Shown here: positions 45,846 through 56,104 of the stretch, piece after piece
Layout of the letters: the number at the start of each line of letters is the position of its first letter
Position numbering within the stretch: the stretch's first letter is position 1
Assembly (NCBI GenBank): GCA_965237675.1
Contig: OZ250150.1
Span: 1,472,001 to 1,536,000, forward strand
Origin: Candidatus Latescibacterota bacterium
GTDB taxonomy: Bacteria > Latescibacterota > UBA2968 > GCA-2709665
DNA: 64,000 bases
Direction of reading: 5' to 3'
Notes under the pieces: model-generated
The model's input: the letters and a program-made list of their open reading frames with translations, nothing else
Told to the model about the DNA's origin: nothing
Database searches by the model: none
Program-made: the position numbers and the translations under genes

Positions 45846-48290
45846 TTACTCCGCGGTGGCGGGGGCCGCGTCCCCGGAGCGTTGTCGCCAGTACCAGCCG
45901 GCGGCGCATGCGATGGCGCAGAGGGTGGAAAGGAGGGTGATCCAGCGGCAGGCCGTGGCAATGGGATCGTGGAAGCGGAGTTCGACCCGGTGTTCGCCCG
46001 CGGGCACGGCAACCGCCTTCCACGCGTAGTTGGCCCTGAACAGCGGCCGTTCCTCGCCGTCGACGTAGGCGTGCCAGAAGGGATGGTAATTCTCGGAGAT
46101 CACGAGGATACGCGGGCCCCCGGCGTTGACGTTGAGTTCGATATGTCCCCCGCGTTCGCCGTACGCGACCTTCTCGATGGGGTCCTTCGATCGCGTGTCC
46201 GCATCGTCAGCCGAAAATCCGTCCGGCTCGGCCTCGAGGATAACGGTCTCATCGGGCTTGAATCCGGGCTCAGACAGCAGTTCAAGGATGCGGGCCTCGT
46301 CGGTTTCGATTCGGTAACGGGACGCCAGGTAGAACCAGGGCAGCGCGAAGTCGTTCCTGTAGATATGCAGGCCGTTGGCAACCACGGATGCCGGCGAGCC
46401 CGGAAAGGGTTCCCGGGTCACGACGTAACGGGTGTTCAGCAGATTCAGGATGGGGAAGTGCCTGAGGGTTTGGGGTTCGGTGATCCGGTCATAACGCAGC
46501 ATGGTAAAGGGTTCGTGATAGTCCACGCGGACCCTGTCGACAATCGTTCGCTTTCCCGCGCCCATATGCGGTGGGGGCACGGAGAGTTGTGATACGAATA
46601 GCACGCGGTAAAGGTCCGCGTCCTGATTGAAGTAACGCAGGAGGTCGCCGTAGACGCGTTCGGGCGGCGGCTGAAGGCCCGGGTCGAAATATCGGAGGAA
46701 CTGCCGGTCGATCCGCCAGGTGTCGAAGAGCATCAGGGGAATGAGAAGGCAGCCGAAGACGGCGGGGGATACGGCGCCGCCCAGGCGTTTCCAGGTAAGA
46801 AAGGCCAGGACCGCCACGAGCATGGCGGCCAGCATGGCGCCCCGGCTGAGGTTGTGTGAGTTCGCCTGCGCGACCCGGACGGCGGAATCCGGAATATCGC
46901 TCCAGAACAGGCCGTTCCATGCGTTGATGGCGCCCTGGGGAGCCAGGGCGACGCCCAGCAGGAGGAGCACCGCGACGGCGGCGCCGATGGCGAGATTGCG
47001 CCGCGATTGAGGCGAGATGTCCGTCGGGTAAAGAACGCGCTGCAAGCCGATGGCGGCCAGAACACAGGCCGGGAAGGCGAACAGAAAGGCGATCATACCC
47101 GGTGCGCGGAGCACTTTCATGCCCGGAATATAGCGGTACGCGTAACCGTGCAGAAAGGTATGGGGCCCGAGGGCGAATGCCAGGGCGATGAGAAAGAGCA
47201 AAAGGAAGATCGAGATTCTGGGGTCGCGACGGACGCGGCCGAAGGCGAGGGCTGCGAAGAAGAGAACGGCGATTCCGAAATATTCGGAGTTGAGTTTAAA
47301 GGGATTGCGGCCCCAGTAGTTTCGTGTTCGCCGGTCCGGATCGTCGAAGTGCGCGAATTCCGGAATGACCAGCGATGCGATTTCTTCGGGGTGCAGCGAC
47401 CACGTTTGGGCGTATTCGAGGCCCTTGCCCCCGCCGTTCTCCAACGCCCGCCTGGATTCCGTGCGCGTGTACCAGTATTGAGGAAACACGCCCATTGCGC
47501 CGATGGCCAGGCCCAGGCACACCGCGCCGGCGCTGAGGAGGCTTCGGCGGAATGCGGCCGCGATGTTTCTTTCACAATAGAAGAGATGGACGAGCCTTGC
47601 GGCGAAAATGATGCCCAGGCCGCAGAGGGCATAATAGAGCATCTGGAGGTGCGGTGTATAGATGCCCGCGCCGACGGCGACGGCCACAACGAGGTAGTAG
47701 ATCAGGCGGCCGGTTTCCAGGCCGCGGTACAGCCCCCAGACCATCAAGGGAAAAAGGCCGATGACCAGCATTTTGGCTTCATGGCCGGCGTAGATGAAGG
47801 TGAGCAGCGTGGGTGCGGAGGCGTAAGCGATTCCGGTGAGCCAGGCGGTGAGCGGTTTCAGGCCAAGGCCGCGGATACAGAGGTACATGAAATATCCGGC
47901 CATGAACATGGCGAAGACATATCGCCAACCGAGAAGACGGTGCCGGGTTGTAAACAGGGCGATGATCTCGAGTGGGAAGTACTGGGACGTCCGTTGTCCG
48001 GTCACGGGTGTGCCGCCCAGGTACCGCGTCCAGTTGGCGGGGGCCAGGTCGGCCAGCTTCTGAAGGAAAGGCTCTCTGCCCTTGTGAAAATCCGTTCCTG
48101 TGTCCTGTCCGAGGATGACATGGTCGGTGAAGACGAATCCGGCGAAGTACACCACGCTCAGGAACAGAAAGAACACGACCGGGGCCCACGGCGAGGCGAG
48201 GTAGGGAGCGAAACGGTCGGGGAGGCTTTTCGAGGCCTGCGGCCGCGGTGTTACGCTTCGACCGACCGCTCTTTTTTTGCGTTTGCTCAC
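45846..48290 (-). CDS. YfhO-family membrane protein (GT-C-like)
   Basis: WTRYLGGTP, LRAPG, SENYHPFWHAYVDG...RANY..KAVAVPAGEHRVELRF; GTG start with GGAG. Confidence 0.85.
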   Translation of the reverse strand: MSKRKKRAVGRSVTPRPQASKSLPDRFAPYLASPWAPVVFFLFLSVVYFAGFVFTDHVILGQDTGTDFHKGREPFLQKLADLAPANWTRYLGGTPVTGQRTSQYFPLEIIALFTTRHRLLGWRYVFAMFMAGYFMYLCIRGLGLKPLTAWLTGIAYASAPTLLTFIYAGHEAKMLVIGLFPLMVWGLYRGLETGRLIYYLVVAVAVGAGIYTPHLQMLYYALCGLGIIFAARLVHLFYCERNIAAAFRRSLLSAGAVCLGLAIGAMGVFPQYWYTRTESRRALENGGGKGLEYAQTWSLHPEEIASLVIPEFAHFDDPDRRTRNYWGRNPFKLNSEYFGIAVLFFAALAFGRVRRDPRISIFLLLFLIALAFALGPHTFLHGYAYRYIPGMKVLRAPGMIAFLFAFPACVLAAIGLQRVLYPTDISPQSRRNLAIGAAVAVLLLLGVALAPQGAINAWNGLFWSDIPDSAVRVAQANSHNLSRGAMLAAMLVAVLAFLTWKRLGGAVSPAVFGCLLIPLMLFDTWRIDRQFLRYFDPGLQPPPERVYGDLLRYFNQDADLYRVLFVSQLSVPPPHMGAGKRTIVDRVRVDYHEPFTMLRYDRITEPQTLRHFPILNLLNTRYVVTREPFPGSPASVVANGLHIYRNDFALPWFYLASRYRIETDEARILELLSEPGFKPDETVILEAEPDGFSADDADTRSKDPIEKVAYGERGGHIELNVNAGGPRILVISENYHPFWHAYVDGEERPLFRANYAWKAVAVPAGEHRVELRFHDPIATACRWITLLSTLCAIACAAGWYWRQRSGDAAPATAE

Positions 48291-48524
48291 GTTACGGCTC
48301 CACGGGTTGGGCGGCCGTGCCGGGGCAGGGGGCGTGGTGGGCAATAGGGTTCAAGACCGACATCCGGGTGTCTCGATTTTCGCTCGGTCCAGCAGGCGCC
48401 CGCGATGAATCGGCCGGCCGCGCCGTACTCAGCGGAGACCGCCCGCGCGGTTGTGTCTGGGGGCCGCGTTGACAACCTCTTGGCGCGATCTCCGGCTGGC
48501 TCGGCGCGAGTTGGGAATGCAGGA

Positions 48525-49628
48525 TCACCCGAGGGAGTGGACGTAAACCCGATCCTGTTCGCGTGCAATCCGGTCCCAGGAGAAATTGGCGGCCCATTTT
48601 CGCCCGTTGTGGCCGAGGTCGGCGCGGCGTCGGGGGTTTTCGAGGAGGTGTTTCATGGCGCCCGCGAGGGCGTCCGCGTTCTCCGCGGGCACCAGCAGGC
48701 CGGTCCGGTCGCGTTGGATCGCGTCGACAAGCCCGGGGATCTCCGTGCCGATCACCGCTTTTCCGGCGGCGCCGGCTTCGATGGCGGTGATGCCCCACCC
48801 TTCGTAACGGGAAGGCTGACAGGTGAACAATGCGCCGGCGTAGAGGTCCCATTTTTCCGCTTCGGAGACGGGGCCCGTGAGTTCCACGCGATCCGATATG
48901 CCGAGGGACCGGGAGATGGACCTCAGTTCTTTCAGGCGCGCGTCGGTACCCCGCCCCGCCAGGACCAGGCGGACGTCCGGATGCGCGGGTCTCAGCCTGG
49001 CGAATGCGGGGAGCAGGATGTCGATGCCCTTGTTATAGGTGTCCAGGCGGCCGAAAAAGAGAATATAATCTTCTTCGCGGGTTTCCGCGATCTGCGGATG
49101 ATTCACGCCGTTGCATATCGTATGGATGGTCGTGTTCGGACGCGCGCGCCTCCGGAGGTGCAGGGCCGTACTCGGGGAAACGGCGATGATCCGGCGTTGG
49201 AGCCGGGTGTGGAGGCATTCGGCGGCGGCGGCCAGCAGGCCGATCCCGGGATATTTCCGCGTGGCGTGCCCAGCAATGGGATGGTGGAAGACCATCACCG
49301 ACCGTGCCTGCCGGGAAGGAAGGGCGAATACGGGCGAGAAGGCGGAAAAGTCGTAGACCCAGAGGTCGAAGGGCCATCCCGCCAGCGCCCGGGCCGCCAG
49401 CGCCGAGAAACTCAGGCGGCTGAGCGCATAGTTTCGATTCGACCCCACCCGGCGGATGCGGATACCATAACGATCTTCCTCCATGCCGGCGCCGGGAAAG
49501 TTGCCCGTCAACAGGGTGATGTCGTGATTCCCGGCGAGGCGGCGGTTGATCTCCATCGCGCGGACCGCCCCCCCTCCTCCGCACCAGGGGTTGTCCACGT
49601 CGTCGTAAATGGTGTGGAGGATTTTCAT
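48525..49628 (-). CDS. Glycosyltransferase family 4
   Basis: FGRLDTYNKG, PSRYEGWGITAIEAGAAG. Confidence 0.92.
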   Translation of the reverse strand: MKILHTIYDDVDNPWCGGGGAVRAMEINRRLAGNHDITLLTGNFPGAGMEEDRYGIRIRRVGSNRNYALSRLSFSALAARALAGWPFDLWVYDFSAFSPVFALPSRQARSVMVFHHPIAGHATRKYPGIGLLAAAAECLHTRLQRRIIAVSPSTALHLRRRARPNTTIHTICNGVNHPQIAETREEDYILFFGRLDTYNKGIDILLPAFARLRPAHPDVRLVLAGRGTDARLKELRSISRSLGISDRVELTGPVSEAEKWDLYAGALFTCQPSRYEGWGITAIEAGAAGKAVIGTEIPGLVDAIQRDRTGLLVPAENADALAGAMKHLLENPRRRADLGHNGRKWAANFSWDRIAREQDRVYVHSLG

Positions 49629-49794
49629 AATGCCGTGAGAGGTAAGAGGTAAGAAGGGAGAGGTGTTGGCAACTTTTCCATATCACTCGTCCCTAATCGG
49701 ATTCTCGTTCTGCTCCCCCTCTCCCTGTGGGAGAGGGGGTTGGGGGGTGAGGGACTCGGGGCCGGGGGAGGGGTCGCCATCCTCCCCTCCCGCT

Positions 49795-50325
49795 CTATCT
49801 CGCGGCCTCCAGGATGCGTTTTATGACGGCGGTGGTGGAGGTGTCGAACGCCGTGGATACGGTGGCGGCGCGGCCCCCGGCGTTTTCAACCACCTCGCGG
49901 GCGACGATCTGATCCGGCGAATAATCCCCGCCCTTGACGAGAATGTCGGGCAACAGGGCACGGAGCACATTATGCGGGGTGTCCTCTTCGAACACGCAGA
50001 TATAGTCCACGGCTTCCAGGCCCGCCAGCACGGCTGTCCGTTCCTCAACCGAGAGAATCGGGCGGCCCCTGCCCTTGATGCGGCGGACGGAGTCATCGCT
50101 GTTGAGGCCCAGCAGGAGCGCGTCGCCCAGGGCGCGCGCCCGCTGCAGGAAAGCGACGTGGCCCGGATGGATCAGGTCGAAGCAGCCGTTTGTGAAAACC
50201 AGCCTGGCGCGGGTTCGTTTCAGGCGCTGCCGGACACGGCGGGCCTGATCCAGGGTAAGGACCTTTCGGCCTGCGGCATCGGGATCGAATCGTGGAGTTT
50301 CCGGGAGCGCCTTGTCAAGAGTCAT
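49795..50325 (-). CDS. rfaE2: D-glycero-beta-D-manno-heptose 1-phosphate adenylyltransferase
   Basis: FTNGCFDLIHPGH, GLNSDDSVRRIKG..RP, LVKGGDY, STT. Confidence 0.9.
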   Translation of the reverse strand: MTLDKALPETPRFDPDAAGRKVLTLDQARRVRQRLKRTRARLVFTNGCFDLIHPGHVAFLQRARALGDALLLGLNSDDSVRRIKGRGRPILSVEERTAVLAGLEAVDYICVFEEDTPHNVLRALLPDILVKGGDYSPDQIVAREVVENAGGRAATVSTAFDTSTTAVIKRILEAAR

Positions 50326-50356
50326 ACTGAACCCAATGCGGATGGACGGGCGGGCC

Positions 50357-50950
50357 CTACAACACGCCCTTGGTCGAAGGAATCCCCACGACGCCGGGGT
50401 CCCGTCCGCATGCCTGCCGGAGCGCCAGGCCAACGGCCTTGAAAATCGCTTCGGTGGCGTGGTGGGCGTTCGTGCCGCGAATCAGGTCGATGTGTGCGTT
50501 GAGACGCCCGTGGTCCGCGAGGGACCGGAAGAACTCCGGGCTCATTGTCGTCGGATACGCGCCGACCATCTCGTCCGCCAGATCGGCGTTGTAGACCAGG
50601 AATGGCCGGCCCGAAAGGTCGATGGCCGCGCGTGCGAGGGCTTCGTCCATGGGAACGAAACTGTGTCCGAAGCGCGTCATGCCGGCTTTGTCTCCCAGCG
50701 CATCCGAGAATGCCCGGCCGAGGCAGATGCCCACATCTTCCACCGTGTGGTGCGCGTCCACGTCCAGGTCGCCCCGGCAGGCCACGTCCAGGTCGAAGCC
50801 TCCGTGCCTGGCGAACGCGTTGAGCATATGGTCGAAAAAACCGATGCCGGTTTCCAGCCTGCAATCGCCCGAACCATCCAGGTTGAGCGTGAGGTCAATG
50901 TCGGTTTCGGATGTCTTGCGTTGTATGCGGGCGGTGCGCAGGGCCGGCAT
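50357..50950 (-). CDS. hisB: Imidazoleglycerol-phosphate dehydratase
   Basis: RKTSETDI, GFFDHML, DAHHTVED, NAHHATEAIFK, PSTKG. Confidence 0.96.
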   Translation of the reverse strand: MPALRTARIQRKTSETDIDLTLNLDGSGDCRLETGIGFFDHMLNAFARHGGFDLDVACRGDLDVDAHHTVEDVGICLGRAFSDALGDKAGMTRFGHSFVPMDEALARAAIDLSGRPFLVYNADLADEMVGAYPTTMSPEFFRSLADHGRLNAHIDLIRGTNAHHATEAIFKAVGLALRQACGRDPGVVGIPSTKGVL

Positions 50951-51006
50951 GGGGTTTACCTTTCCTGAATGACTGCAACTTTCCGGGACAGGACACCGGG
51001 TGTGTA

Positions 51007-52086
51007 TTATACACACGAGTCCTTGAGTGTTTGTTCGAGCGCGCTCAGGAACCGGGTGTTGTCTTCGGTCGTGCCGATACTGACGCGCAGGGCGTTCTCG
51101 AGCAGAGGATAGGACGTGACGTTTCGGATGAGGATGCCCCTTTCGATCAGCCCGTCGAAGACCTGGCCCGGGTTGCTGACCTCAAAAAGGGTGAAGTTGG
51201 CATGCGATGGATACGGGCGGACGCCGTCGATTTTTCGCAAAGCGGCGAATACCCGCTGGCGTTCGTCCCGGATCAGCCCGACGCGTTCCCGGATCAGGCG
51301 ATCGTGTTTCAGAATGTGCAGTGCCGCTGTATGAGAGAAGACGTTGATGTCGAATGGGATTTTGACTTTCAGGATCTCCCGCGCGATCTCGGGGTGGGCC
51401 ATCAGATAACCGATGCGGATGCCCGCGGCGCCGAGGGCCTTGGAGAAGGTTCTCAATACGATGAGGTTCGGGTACCGGGAAATCAGGTCTCGGGCGGTGT
51501 CGTCCGTGAACTCGGCATAGGCTTCGTCCACCATCACCAGCGCGTCGGTTTCCCGGAGCAGATCTTCCAGGTCCGGGTTGGAAACGATGCAGCCCGTGGG
51601 GTTGTTGGGCGAACAGAAGATGACCATGTTTGCCGATTCACGCCGTACGGCTTCCCGGATTCCGGGCAGGTCGAAGGTATAGTCCGTCTTGAGGTCCACC
51701 GGAATCACGCGCCCCCCGGAGAAGCCGGTGTAAAGCCCGTATAGCGAGAAACTTGGCGATGGGATGACCACCGGCGCGCCCGGACTGGTGGTGGCGGCCA
51801 GGACAAGCTGTACGAGGGTGTTGGAGCCGTTGCAGACGATCAGCGCGTCCGGACGCCAGCCGGCGTATTCCGCCAGGGCATCCACCAGGTCCGTCTGCAT
51901 GGGCTGGGGGTAGCGGAACCAGGGCCGCTTCCTGACGGCTTCCAGGATCTCGTTTTTCAGATCCTCCGGAAGGTCGAACGGGCTTTCGTTCTGATTCAGC
52001 TTCACCGGACAGGTGTAGTGCGTCAGGTGGTACCCGTCCACCGAACGGACTTCCGGCTTGATGCGTTGCAGGGGCGGATCGATCAT
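51007..52086 (-). CDS. hisC: Histidinol-phosphate aminotransferase
   Basis: KLNQNESP, CSPNNPTG, VDEAY, LRTFSKA. Confidence 0.95.
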   Translation of the reverse strand: MIDPPLQRIKPEVRSVDGYHLTHYTCPVKLNQNESPFDLPEDLKNEILEAVRKRPWFRYPQPMQTDLVDALAEYAGWRPDALIVCNGSNTLVQLVLAATTSPGAPVVIPSPSFSLYGLYTGFSGGRVIPVDLKTDYTFDLPGIREAVRRESANMVIFCSPNNPTGCIVSNPDLEDLLRETDALVMVDEAYAEFTDDTARDLISRYPNLIVLRTFSKALGAAGIRIGYLMAHPEIAREILKVKIPFDINVFSHTAALHILKHDRLIRERVGLIRDERQRVFAALRKIDGVRPYPSHANFTLFEVSNPGQVFDGLIERGILIRNVTSYPLLENALRVSIGTTEDNTRFLSALEQTLKDSCV

Positions 52087-52167
52087 CGGGACCGATTTGA
52101 AATGAGAACGCCTCGCCCAGGGCCCCCACCGGTAAGGGGAGGTTGCGCGGGCGGGCGGTTGCGGGCT

Positions 52168-53463
52168 CTATTCCTGCCGGACACGGATGGCGTTGGCGTG
52201 GGCGTCCAGTCCCTCGGCTTCGGCCAGGGCGATAATGTCGCCGGCCGTTTTTTTCAGCCGGCGGTCCGTGTAGGAGACGATACTCGCGCTTTTCAGAAAG
52301 GTATCCACGCCCACCGGCGAGGCGAAGCGGGCGGCGCCGGCCGTCGGCAGGATGTGGTTCACGCCGGCGTAGTAGTCGCCGACCGGCTCGGGCGAGGCCG
52401 TGCCCAGAAACACGGCGCCCGCGTGTCTGACGTCGCTCAGGCAGGCCCATGGGTCCCGCACCAGGAGTTCCATGTGTTCCGGGGCGATCCGATTGGCCAG
52501 CCGGATGCCTTCGTCCAGGTCCTTCACCACCACAACCGCGCCGAAGTTGCGCAGGGCCTTTCGGATGGCGTCGCGTCGGTCCAGGCGGGCGGCCTGCCGT
52601 TCGACTTCGTCCGCGACCCTCCTGGCGAGGTCGACGCACGGCGTGATGCAGACGGCGGCTTCGAAGCCGCTGCCGTGTTCGGCCTGGGATAGCAGGTCGG
52701 CGGCGACGTGTCTGGGGTTGGCGGTTTCGTCGGCCAGAACGACGATTTCACTGGGGCCGGCGACCATGTCGATGTCGACGGTTCCGAAAACGAGTTTTTT
52801 CGCGATCTGGACGGAGGGGTGGCCGGGACCCACGAGTTTGTCCACCGCCGGGATGGAGGCGGTGCCGTAGGCCATGGCGGCAACGGCCTGGGCGCCGAAA
52901 ACCCGGTAGATTTCCGTCACACCGACGATATGTGCGGCCGCCAGCACGGCCGGATGGACGGAGCCGTCGGGTCGTGGTGGCGTGGCCATGCAGATTCGCG
53001 TCACCCCCGCGATGCGGGCGGGAATGGCGGCCATCAACAGCGTCGAGAAAAGCGGGGCGCTGGCGCCGGGGATGAGAATGCCAACCCGTTCGATGGGGAG
53101 CACGCGTCTGCCGAGCACCACGCCATCGCCGTCCTCGATGAACCAGGAGGTCTGTTTCTGCACGTCGTGAAACCGCCGGATGTTGTCCGCCGCGGCCGTG
53201 ATGGTTTTGATCAGGTCCGGATCCGCATCGCGGTAAGCGGCTTCGATGTCCGACCCGGGCACCCGCATCCGGTCCGCGGTAAGGGCGACGCCATCGAATT
53301 CCCGAGTGTATTCCAGGACCGCGTCGTCCCCGCGTTCCCGCACGGCCCGGACGATTTCCTGCACGTAGGCCAGCAATTGGGGCTCGAAATCGGTGGTCCG
53401 GGAGAGAATGGCCTGGAGTTTTCGGGGCGGATTCTGCGGATCGTAGGCGACAACGTCGATCAT
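52168..53463 (-). CDS. hisD: Histidinol dehydrogenase
   Basis: IDMVAGPSE, ADLLSQAEH, APEH, GDY.AG.NHILPT. Confidence 0.96.
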   Translation of the reverse strand: MIDVVAYDPQNPPRKLQAILSRTTDFEPQLLAYVQEIVRAVRERGDDAVLEYTREFDGVALTADRMRVPGSDIEAAYRDADPDLIKTITAAADNIRRFHDVQKQTSWFIEDGDGVVLGRRVLPIERVGILIPGASAPLFSTLLMAAIPARIAGVTRICMATPPRPDGSVHPAVLAAAHIVGVTEIYRVFGAQAVAAMAYGTASIPAVDKLVGPGHPSVQIAKKLVFGTVDIDMVAGPSEIVVLADETANPRHVAADLLSQAEHGSGFEAAVCITPCVDLARRVADEVERQAARLDRRDAIRKALRNFGAVVVVKDLDEGIRLANRIAPEHMELLVRDPWACLSDVRHAGAVFLGTASPEPVGDYYAGVNHILPTAGAARFASPVGVDTFLKSASIVSYTDRRLKKTAGDIIALAEAEGLDAHANAIRVRQE

Positions 53464-54392
53464 CAGTAGATCACTTTGTTCAATGGGTATTCGATAATGC
53501 CTTCAGCGCCCTTGTTCTTCAGCAGGGGCACGGTGTCGCGCACGACGCGTTCGTCAACGACAACCTCGACGGCCACCCAGTCGCCGTCGAGCAGATTGGA
53601 AATGGTGGGGTTGTTCAGCGCCGGAAGCAGCCCGACGACCGCATCCAGGTCTCTCCGACGGACGTTCATCTTGAGGCCCACCTTGTCTTCGGCCTGAAAG
53701 GCGCCGACAAGCAGCGTGGCGATATTCTGCGCCTTCTCCCGTTTCCACGGGTCGTCCCATGCGCTTCTGTTGGCAATGAAGCGGGGGGTCGTTTCAAGCA
53801 GATTTTCCACAATCCGAAGTTTGTTGGCCCGGATCGAGGATCCGGTTTCCGTGAGTTCCACAATGGCATCCACCAGGCCGGGCTCGTAGACCGGGCCGTC
53901 CCCTTCCAGTGCGTTTCCGCACGGCGTCCCCGCCGTCCGGACCTTGGCTTCGGTGGACCCCCAGGAGAACTCCACCTCCGCCTGTACGCCCCGCGAGTCA
54001 AGAAATTTTCGGGTGACATTGACCAGTTCGGTCGCGATACGTTTGCCCTGAAGATCGTCGACCGTCCGAATGGGCGATTCTTCCGGAACGGCGATGACCC
54101 AGCGCGCCGGCTGCGCGGTGGATTTGCTGTACGGGAGTTCCGCGACCTCGACCACGTCGGCGTCGTTTTCCAGGATCCAGTCTTTGCCGGTCAGGCCAAC
54201 GTCGAGCACACCCCGCTCCACGTAATGGGCGATTTCCTGCGCGCGCAGGAACAGGCCCTCCAGATCCGGATCGTCGATCGACGGGATGTAGGACCTGGGG
54301 TTGGCGAGAATGCGGTAGCCGGCGTTCGCAAACAGATTGAGGGTGGATTCCTGGAGGCTTCCCGACGGAAGCGCGATTTTCAAAACTGCCAT
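53463..54392 (-). CDS. hisG: ATP phosphoribosyltransferase (long form) with an internal insertion
   Basis: [38 protein letters not shown]. Confidence 0.95.
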   Translation of the reverse strand: MAVLKIALPSGSLQESTLNLFANAGYRILANPRSYIPSIDDPDLEGLFLRAQEIAHYVERGVLDVGLTGKDWILENDADVVEVAELPYSKSTAQPARWVIAVPEESPIRTVDDLQGKRIATELVNVTRKFLDSRGVQAEVEFSWGSTEAKVRTAGTPCGNALEGDGPVYEPGLVDAIVELTETGSSIRANKLRIVENLLETTPRFIANRSAWDDPWKREKAQNIATLLVGAFQAEDKVGLKMNVRRRDLDAVVGLLPALNNPTISNLLDGDWVAVEVVVDERVVRDTVPLLKNKGAEGIIEYPLNKVIY

Positions 54393-54481
54393 TGAAGTTT
54401 CCTCTGTGTGGCGGGGTGGACGGTCTCAAAATTCACATAATCTATCATACTTGTCAACATAAACTTACACGGTTTCTCCGT

Positions 54482-54510
54482 TTGACAACCCGGAGACACA
54501 GTCGTATAAC
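54482..54510 (+). promoter_or_regulatory. Sigma70 promoter
   Basis: TTGACA-17 nt-TATAAC. Confidence 0.7.
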
Positions 54511-54565
54511 AATAACACTTGCCCTGGAAAACTGCGAAACATATACTAAGGTGCTACGTGCCTGA

Positions 54566-55219
54566 TTGACGGATAACCCTGAATGCCCGGAGGAAGTTTA
54601 CTTGTGCAAGCCGGTTAGGTTGAACATCGGGTGTGGAGACGATATTCGCCCGGGCTATCTCAATATCGATCCCTTTGCGGATGGACCTGTTCTGAGAATG
54701 GAGGCCGCGCGGCTCGGTTTCACCGGTCACTCAGTGGACGAGATCTTCTCCTCCCACATGCTGGAGCATCTGTCCAAGCACGAGGTGATGGACGTTCTCG
54801 TTGAATGGAACCGGGTGCTCAAGCCCACGGGGAAGGTGGAGATCGTCGTTCCCGACCTGCCATGGTGCTTGGAGCAGTGGCTGCGGCTGCCGGAGCAGGC
54901 GCGTTGGGACTGGGCCCTGGACACGATCTTCGGCTTGCAGAATCATCCGGGAGGGTTCCACAAAACCGGGTTCAGCGGGGACAGACTGCACCATCTCCTG
55001 AAGGAGGCGGGTTTCCAATGGGTCAAGGTGAACACCTGTTTCGACCACGGCATGCAGTCGATCCGGGCCCTGGCGTCGGCTGGCGACGCAGCACACGCCC
55101 CCCTTCCGGATGGTTGTCGCGCAGCAAATTGGATCCGTAAACAGCTCGTGTTTCTGTTTTATGGACTTGCCCGTATCCGGACTTTCCATAGGAGCAAGGG
55201 AAAAAACAGATCCCTCTGA
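54566..55219 (+). CDS. SAM-dependent methyltransferase domain protein
   Basis: LNIGCG, SHMLEH, RVLKP.G...IVVPD; start uncertain. Confidence 0.82.
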   Translation: MTDNPECPEEVYLCKPVRLNIGCGDDIRPGYLNIDPFADGPVLRMEAARLGFTGHSVDEIFSSHMLEHLSKHEVMDVLVEWNRVLKPTGKVEIVVPDLPWCLEQWLRLPEQARWDWALDTIFGLQNHPGGFHKTGFSGDRLHHLLKEAGFQWVKVNTCFDHGMQSIRALASAGDAAHAPLPDGCRAANWIRKQLVFLFYGLARIRTFHRSKGKNRSL

Positions 55220-55388
55220 TTATACGTTTGAGAGCGAAAGGGATTTTCGAAAATGATGGACACGAACGATGAAAATCCGGGGGGAATTGGCGGCAATGAT
55301 CTTTCAAAGAATCATTCCTCATGACCGGGTATCCTTCTCAAGGTCCTTGCCGAGATAAAACCGGTTTTCAAAACACGCAAACAAACGG

Positions 55389-55892
55389 ATGGTTTCCATG
55401 GCACACGCGCATCTGGTGGGGCTGATTGCCGACACGCACGATAACAGGATTTCCGTGGAGAAGTCGGTGGCGCTGTTCAATGAACGGGAGGTTGGGCTGG
55501 TGGTCCACGCGGGAGACTACATCGCGCCCTTCAACGCCAGGTGGATGGCGGACCTGAACGCGCCCATGGTGGGCGTATTCGGTAATAACGACGGCGAGCG
55601 GTTCGGGCTTCGCGCCCAGTTCGAGGCGTTGGGCCCCATCCACCGGGCGCCCCATGCGTTAGACTATGAGGGCAGGCGGCTGCTGGTTCTGCACGAACCC
55701 GATGAACTCGACGCGCTGGCGGAAAGCGGCGCCTACGACGTGATCGTCTACGGCCATACCCACGAGATAGACGTCCGACCCGGCGGGACCCTGGTGGTCA
55801 ATCCCGGAGAGGCGGGCGGCTGGGTGACCGGCCGGTCCACGGTCGGGATGCTGGATCTGCAGCGCATGCAGGTCGAGATTCTGGACATTTGA
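55389..55892 (+). CDS. YfcE/MJ0936-like metallophosphoesterase
   Basis: ADTHDN, HAGD, GNND, GHTH, NPG. Confidence 0.92.
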   Translation: MVSMAHAHLVGLIADTHDNRISVEKSVALFNEREVGLVVHAGDYIAPFNARWMADLNAPMVGVFGNNDGERFGLRAQFEALGPIHRAPHALDYEGRRLLVLHEPDELDALAESGAYDVIVYGHTHEIDVRPGGTLVVNPGEAGGWVTGRSTVGMLDLQRMQVEILDI

Positions 55893-55930
55893 CCGCGGGA
55901 GTCGGGCGGCAATGCGCCTCCCGCGGATAA

Positions 55931-56090
55931 CAGTCCGTTGAGAAAGTCGCTCTGCAGGCGAGGCCGAGCCATTGTGGCCGAAGACAAGGCGCGCAACCGA
56001 GTCGAATCGAGCGATTCGGCGAGGGAGCGCAACGCAGTATTTCGACCTCAAGGGCCGGCCGTAGCCCGGATGGACTTTTTCAACGGGCTG
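55931..56090. mobile_element. 160-bp MITE, copy 2
   Basis: Homologous to 5357-5516 with near-identical TIRs; 4-bp TSD ATAA at 55927-55930 and 56091-56094. Confidence 0.9.
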
Positions 56091-56104
56091 ATAAGGCAGA
56101 AGAG

